Assembly: GCA_902384455.1 (NCBI GenBank)
Contig: CABMCB010000020.1
Location: forward strand, 1-21,273
DNA length: 21,273 nt
Direction: 5' to 3'
Origin: an uncultured archaeon
GTDB taxonomy: Archaea; Altiarchaeota; Altiarchaeia; IMC4; SCGC-AAA252-I15
How positions within the stretch are numbered: the stretch's first letter is position 1; every line of letters begins with the position of its first letter. Of the stretch, positions 17,416 through 21,273 are shown in pieces. A program made the position numbers and the translations under genes. The notes beneath the pieces are model-generated. The model did not search any database, was not told the origin of the DNA, and saw only the letters and a list, made by a program, of their open reading frames with translations.

Positions 17416-18039
17416 TCACCTCGAATGCTTGGCTATCGCCCTGTAAAGGTCGTCGACGTGAAGGCCCTCCTTAGCGCTTATCCCAACGACAGGGTGCTGC
17501 GGGAAGGCCTCCTTAATCTGTTCTATGTTGGAGTTCTTCAAATCCACCTTGTTGGCGACGATTATCACGGGAATCTCCCTCGCCTCGAGGTTGCCGATAA
17601 TAGTTATGTTAACCTGAGTGTAAGGGTCTTTGGTGGAGTCCAACACGACAAGCGCAGTATCAACGTGCTCAAGAAACTTGATGGCCTCAATAACGCCCTT
17701 AGTCGCCTCCTTCGCCCTAAGGCGCGCATCCTTCTCCTTCATACCAAAAGAAAGAAACTCCTCATAATCAATCTTAGTGGCAATACCCGGCATATCCAAA
17801 ATGCTCATGTCAATGGTCCTCCCGTCAGTCTTAACCATCACATGCTCCTTCTTCTGCACCGCACGCGTCTCATGAGGAATCTCGCTTACAGTACCAACAG
17901 GCTCGCCAGTCCAATCAACGCTAATCTTATTGGCCAACGTAGTCTTACCCGCATTAGGCGGCCCGTACAAGCCAAGCCGAATCTTCTTTTTGCTACCGAA
18001 AATGTTCTTAAACCAACCTAAAATCTTGTGAAAAGGCAC
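17416..18039 (-). CDS. oapA: Era-like small GTPase OapA/ArvA
   Basis: G1 GPPNAGKT, PHETR, G3 DMPG, G4 NKVD, G5 SA, and family motifs RAKEATKG and DPYTQVN. The start is set at GTG 18039, preceded by a GGAGGGG Shine-Dalgarno; the track start at 18105 runs through the promoter. Confidence 0.92.
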   Translation of the reverse strand: MPFHKILGWFKNIFGSKKKIRLGLYGPPNAGKTTLANKISVDWTGEPVGTVSEIPHETRAVQKKEHVMVKTDGRTIDMSILDMPGIATKIDYEEFLSFGMKEKDARLRAKEATKGVIEAIKFLEHVDTALVVLDSTKDPYTQVNITIIGNLEAREIPVIIVANKVDLKNSNIEQIKEAFPQHPVVGISAKEGLHVDDLYRAIAKHSR

Positions 18040-18141
18040 AGCAAACCCCTCCAAACTCCATAACCTATGCGCGCCAAACTTAATAAAGCGGACGCGCCCA
18101 CACAAAGCGTTTTTAAGTCAAGACGCCTCCATATATGGTAC

Positions 18142-18189
18142 TCCCGCTTGGAAATGTACGCCACAGAAGGGCGTGAATCCGCAAAGGGA
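18142..18189 (+). promoter_or_regulatory. Structured 5' leader of rpl15e (candidate eL15 autoregulatory r-leader)
   Basis: Nested pairings TCCC(18142-45)/GGGA(18186-89), GGA(18150-52)/TCC(18178-80) and TACGCC(18157-62)/GGCGTG(18170-75). They lie between a TTTTTAA TATA (18110-16) and the AGGTGA SD (18205-10). Confidence 0.55.
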
Positions 18190-18215
18190 ACGAAATCTTT
18201 AAACAGGTGAACAAC

Positions 18216-18821
18216 ATGGGATACCTAAAGTACGTAAAAAAACTATACCAAAACATCCGGCAAGAAGCCAAAAACCCTAAAAACCAGGAAATACGCGCCC
18301 TAATCGCAGAACGCAAAAAAGAATGGCGAAGAGGATCCAGCGTAGTCCGACTAGAACACCCAACACGACCCGACGCCGCAAGACGCCTAGGATACCGCGC
18401 CAAACAAGGCATCATCGTAGCCCGAGTACGCGTAAGAGCAGGCGGCCTACACAAAAGCCGCGCCAACAAAGCCCGCGTACCCCGCAAAATGGGTATGGCC
18501 AAAATCACAGCCGAAAAAAGCATCCAACGCATAGCAGAAGAACGCGCCAGCAAAAACTTCCCAAACATGGAAGCACTAGCAAGCTACTGGATAATGGAAG
18601 ACGGCAAAAACCACTGGTACGAAGTAATACTCATAGACCCCAGCCACCCCGTAATCGCAGCGGACAAAAACCTAAGCTGGATGACCAAAAACGAAAACAA
18701 AGGACGCGCAGAACGCGGCCTAACACCAGCAGGCAAAAAAGGCCGAGGACAAATGAAACGCGGAACCGGCACGGAAAAGAACCGCCCCAGCATACGCGCA
18801 CACGGCCGAGCAGGAAAATAA
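18216..18821 (+). CDS. rpl15e: 50S ribosomal protein L15e (eL15)
   Basis: PTRPDAARRLGYRAKQG, IAEERA..KFPNME and WYEVILIDP.HP. The ATG at 18216 follows an AGGTGA SD; the track's GTG start is part of that SD. Confidence 0.97.
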   Translation: MGYLKYVKKLYQNIRQEAKNPKNQEIRALIAERKKEWRRGSSVVRLEHPTRPDAARRLGYRAKQGIIVARVRVRAGGLHKSRANKARVPRKMGMAKITAEKSIQRIAEERASKNFPNMEALASYWIMEDGKNHWYEVILIDPSHPVIAADKNLSWMTKNENKGRAERGLTPAGKKGRGQMKRGTGTEKNRPSIRAHGRAGK

Positions 18822-18830
18822 AGGCCATTT

Positions 18831-18870
18831 AGGGGCAGCTTAAGCCGGCTGCCTCCTCCCACATTTTTTT
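18831..18870 (+). terminator. Hairpin plus T-tract downstream of rpl15e
   Basis: AGGGGCAGC...GCTGCCTCCT stem followed by TTTTTTT (18864-18870). Confidence 0.55.
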
Positions 18871-18877
18871 AATCTCA

Positions 18878-18917
18878 AAAACCCCATTACAAACCTTAAC
18901 TGCCTTGGTAGCTTAGT
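18878..18917 (+). repeat. Partial direct repeat of the tRNA-Asn upstream region and 5' end (offset 104 bp)
   Basis: TGCCTTGGTAGCTTAGT (18901-17) matches TGCCTTGGTAGCTCAGT (19005-21) at 16/17. AAAACCCCAT occurs at 18878-87 and 18982-91, the same 104-bp offset. Confidence 0.8.
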
Positions 18918-19005
18918 CTGCAGCCCTTTCTTTGAAAAGAAAGCGCTGGCGGAAAGAAACCAAAGGAAAAATATAAGCAGGAAAACCCCATCATACACAA
19001 TCAAT

Positions 19006-19078
19006 GCCTTGGTAGCTCAGTTGGTAGAGCGCTCGACTGTTAATCGAGTGGTCGCAGGTTCAAGTCCTGTCCAAGGCG
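19006..19078 (+). tRNA. tRNA-Asn (GTT), intronless, CCA not encoded
   Basis: Acceptor stem GCCTTGG/CCAAGGC plus discriminator G, D arm GCTC/GAGC, anticodon arm CTCGA-CTGTTAA-TCGAG, T arm GCAGG-TTCAAGT-CCTGT. Confidence 0.97.
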
Positions 19079-19089
19079 CTTTGGCGTAA

Positions 19090-19464
19090 ATGAAAAATTA
19101 CGGCGCAAAAGACGTTGACGCTTACATTGCCAGTGCGGCCGTAGACGCCCGCCCGAAGCTTAAAGAACTTAGGAAACTGATAAAGTCGACTATCCCCGAC
19201 GCGGAAGAAAGCATAAGCTGGGGCGTGCCATTCTACAAATACTATGGTGTTCTCGCCGGATTTGCCTCATTTAAGAACCACGTCAGCTTCGGCCTCGTGA
19301 CCGTGCTTGAAGACGAAGACCGCAAGATGCTTGAGGAAAAAGGTTACGTGACCGGGAAAAAAATCATACAAATAAAATTCGACCAAAAAGTGCCGGCAAC
19401 AACGATAAAGCAGATTCTAAAAACAAAAGCAAAAACGAACGAAGCCAAAAAACGGAAAAAATAA
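19090..19464 (+). CDS. DUF1801 (YdhG-like) domain protein
   Basis: VDAYIA...LKELRKLIK...PDAEESISWGVPFY...FASFKNHVSF pattern. Confidence 0.88.
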   Translation: MKNYGAKDVDAYIASAAVDARPKLKELRKLIKSTIPDAEESISWGVPFYKYYGVLAGFASFKNHVSFGLVTVLEDEDRKMLEEKGYVTGKKIIQIKFDQKVPATTIKQILKTKAKTNEAKKRKK

Positions 19465-19530
19465 GTTTGCTCGAGAAAAAGGACTATTTAACCAAAACCA
19501 CATTGCGTGCTCAAGGCGCCTCTATCCTCT

Positions 19531-20607
19531 CTACGCTTTTCTTGTTGTGCGTGTCCTGTTGTTTGGAGGCTCAATCTGCAGTGTCTCCAATGGCGATAGG
19601 TCCATAAGTCTCTTCTTCCAAGTGCTCTCAAAAGGCAGGTCAGTGAGGCATCTCACAACAAGTTTCCTTACGTCGGCGTCCCCTATCGACGCAATACGCG
19701 CAACACAACGCTCCATGCCAACGTCGTCAAGGCGCGAAGTAGACAAAGTGGGGCCCTGCCCCGGGCCGAACCTGCATAATGCGGCCATGAAGCTGATTTC
19801 GTGGGGGCGGGTGGAGTCTATGGCTTCCTGCAGCGTATGCTGCATCCTCAGCGCCCCTCGTGTGTTGCCGTTTTCCACTGAGCGGGCAAGTTCGTGGACT
19901 ACCGGCAAAAACATGTTCGCCATGCCGGAGGTCACTCCCGCTGCCTTGAAGAATATGTCGTCTGCGTGGAAGCCTTCTAGCGCCGAAAGCATTAAGGTGT
20001 CATTTCCGCAGTAAACCGACAGCCACGGAAACTTTGTGGCATACACCCTAAACCTCTCCTTGAAGTCAGGCGAAGAATCCTTGATTCCAGCAGTATTCCC
20101 CCTCAAACCTGCGTCTTCCCCTATGAGGGCAAGCACTTTAAAAGGCAGTTCAAAACCCGTCTTCTGAGGGATGTTATATACGTACACTGGCAACGGCGAG
20201 TGGGAGATAAGCGGCCGATAGTAAGAGGTAAACAAATCCTGCGCAGACATGTTTCCTGTAGGCGGCCGCAGCATGACTTCGTCGTATCCTGCTTTAGTTG
20301 CTGCGTCTATGAGCGCTTTGGCGCCGTCGGTCGTGTCCCAGCCGACGCCAGCAATCAACCTGACGTTGGCAGGTATCTTACCTTCTCTTCTTAATGCTCC
20401 CACTCTATCCAGAACCGCTATATTCTGTTCAAGAGTGTAGTCGAAGTTGCCGCCTGTGGTGCCTGAAACTACCAGGCCGTCCAGCATGCGGGCGCCTTTT
20501 TCATCGCGGCTTCCCGCAAGGTGGAGTGCGAGTTCCTCGAGTTTAGCGAGATCCGGACTTCCATCCCTGCCGGAGGGTGTGGCCAAAGCCACATTCACAA
20601 GCGCCAT
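19531..20607 (-). CDS. Dihydrodipicolinate synthase (DapA)-family class I aldolase, divergent
   Basis: ALATP, GTTG, IAGVG, YNIP..TG, Schiff-base GIKDSS, G.D and GVTSGMAN motifs; atypical C-terminus. Confidence 0.8.
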   Translation of the reverse strand: MALVNVALATPSGRDGSPDLAKLEELALHLAGSRDEKGARMLDGLVVSGTTGGNFDYTLEQNIAVLDRVGALRREGKIPANVRLIAGVGWDTTDGAKALIDAATKAGYDEVMLRPPTGNMSAQDLFTSYYRPLISHSPLPVYVYNIPQKTGFELPFKVLALIGEDAGLRGNTAGIKDSSPDFKERFRVYATKFPWLSVYCGNDTLMLSALEGFHADDIFFKAAGVTSGMANMFLPVVHELARSVENGNTRGALRMQHTLQEAIDSTRPHEISFMAALCRFGPGQGPTLSTSRLDDVGMERCVARIASIGDADVRKLVVRCLTDLPFESTWKKRLMDLSPLETLQIEPPNNRTRTTRKA

Positions 20608-20648
20608 CGCAGTATCCTAGGGAGCATAGAGTTAAAATCGGTCGAAGC

Positions 20649-21273
<625 letters not shown>

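Noticed and set aside
18902-18966. Second functional tRNA or split-tRNA half
   Set aside because: Only 16 nt match the tRNA, with no anticodon or T arm, and an intact tRNA-Asn is adjacent. It is retained only as a duplication finding.

Overview
Archaeal chromosomal window. An archaeal histone, aIF-1A, RIO1, NMD3, eL15, eL39, archaeal GatC and an arvABC/oapABC operon establish the domain. The Thr/Ser-rich surface protein and the overall gene style suggest a DPANN-related lineage such as Ca. Altiarchaeota, which is an inference. The left end holds the 3' part of a giant Cys-module/Thr-Ser-linker surface protein with one in-frame TGA at a conserved Cys position. It is followed by an ABC-2 exporter, a PAP2 phosphatase, a TPR protein and two envelope proteins. 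The middle is housekeeping: amrB/MEMO, histone, glmU, gatC, eif1A-rio1-DUF371, trxB, rpl39e, nmd3, purB, arvCBA and rpl15e. The right end has tRNA-Asn(GTT), three accessory-looking genes and a terminal poly-G artefact. Two small genes missing from the ORF track were found by hand. One is rpl39e (13967..14122, -). The other is a 30-aa basic peptide (7801..7893, -) that looks like bacterial/mitochondrial ribosomal protein bS22/mS38 (AURKAIP1/COX24 domain), which is unexpected in an archaeon. Other highlights are a duplicated promoter plus tRNA 5' end fused to a long hairpin, a histone variant lacking key DNA-binding and stacking residues, an NMD3 that has lost a zinc site, a structured rpl15e leader, and sub-kilobase AC/GT strand-composition switching inside genes.
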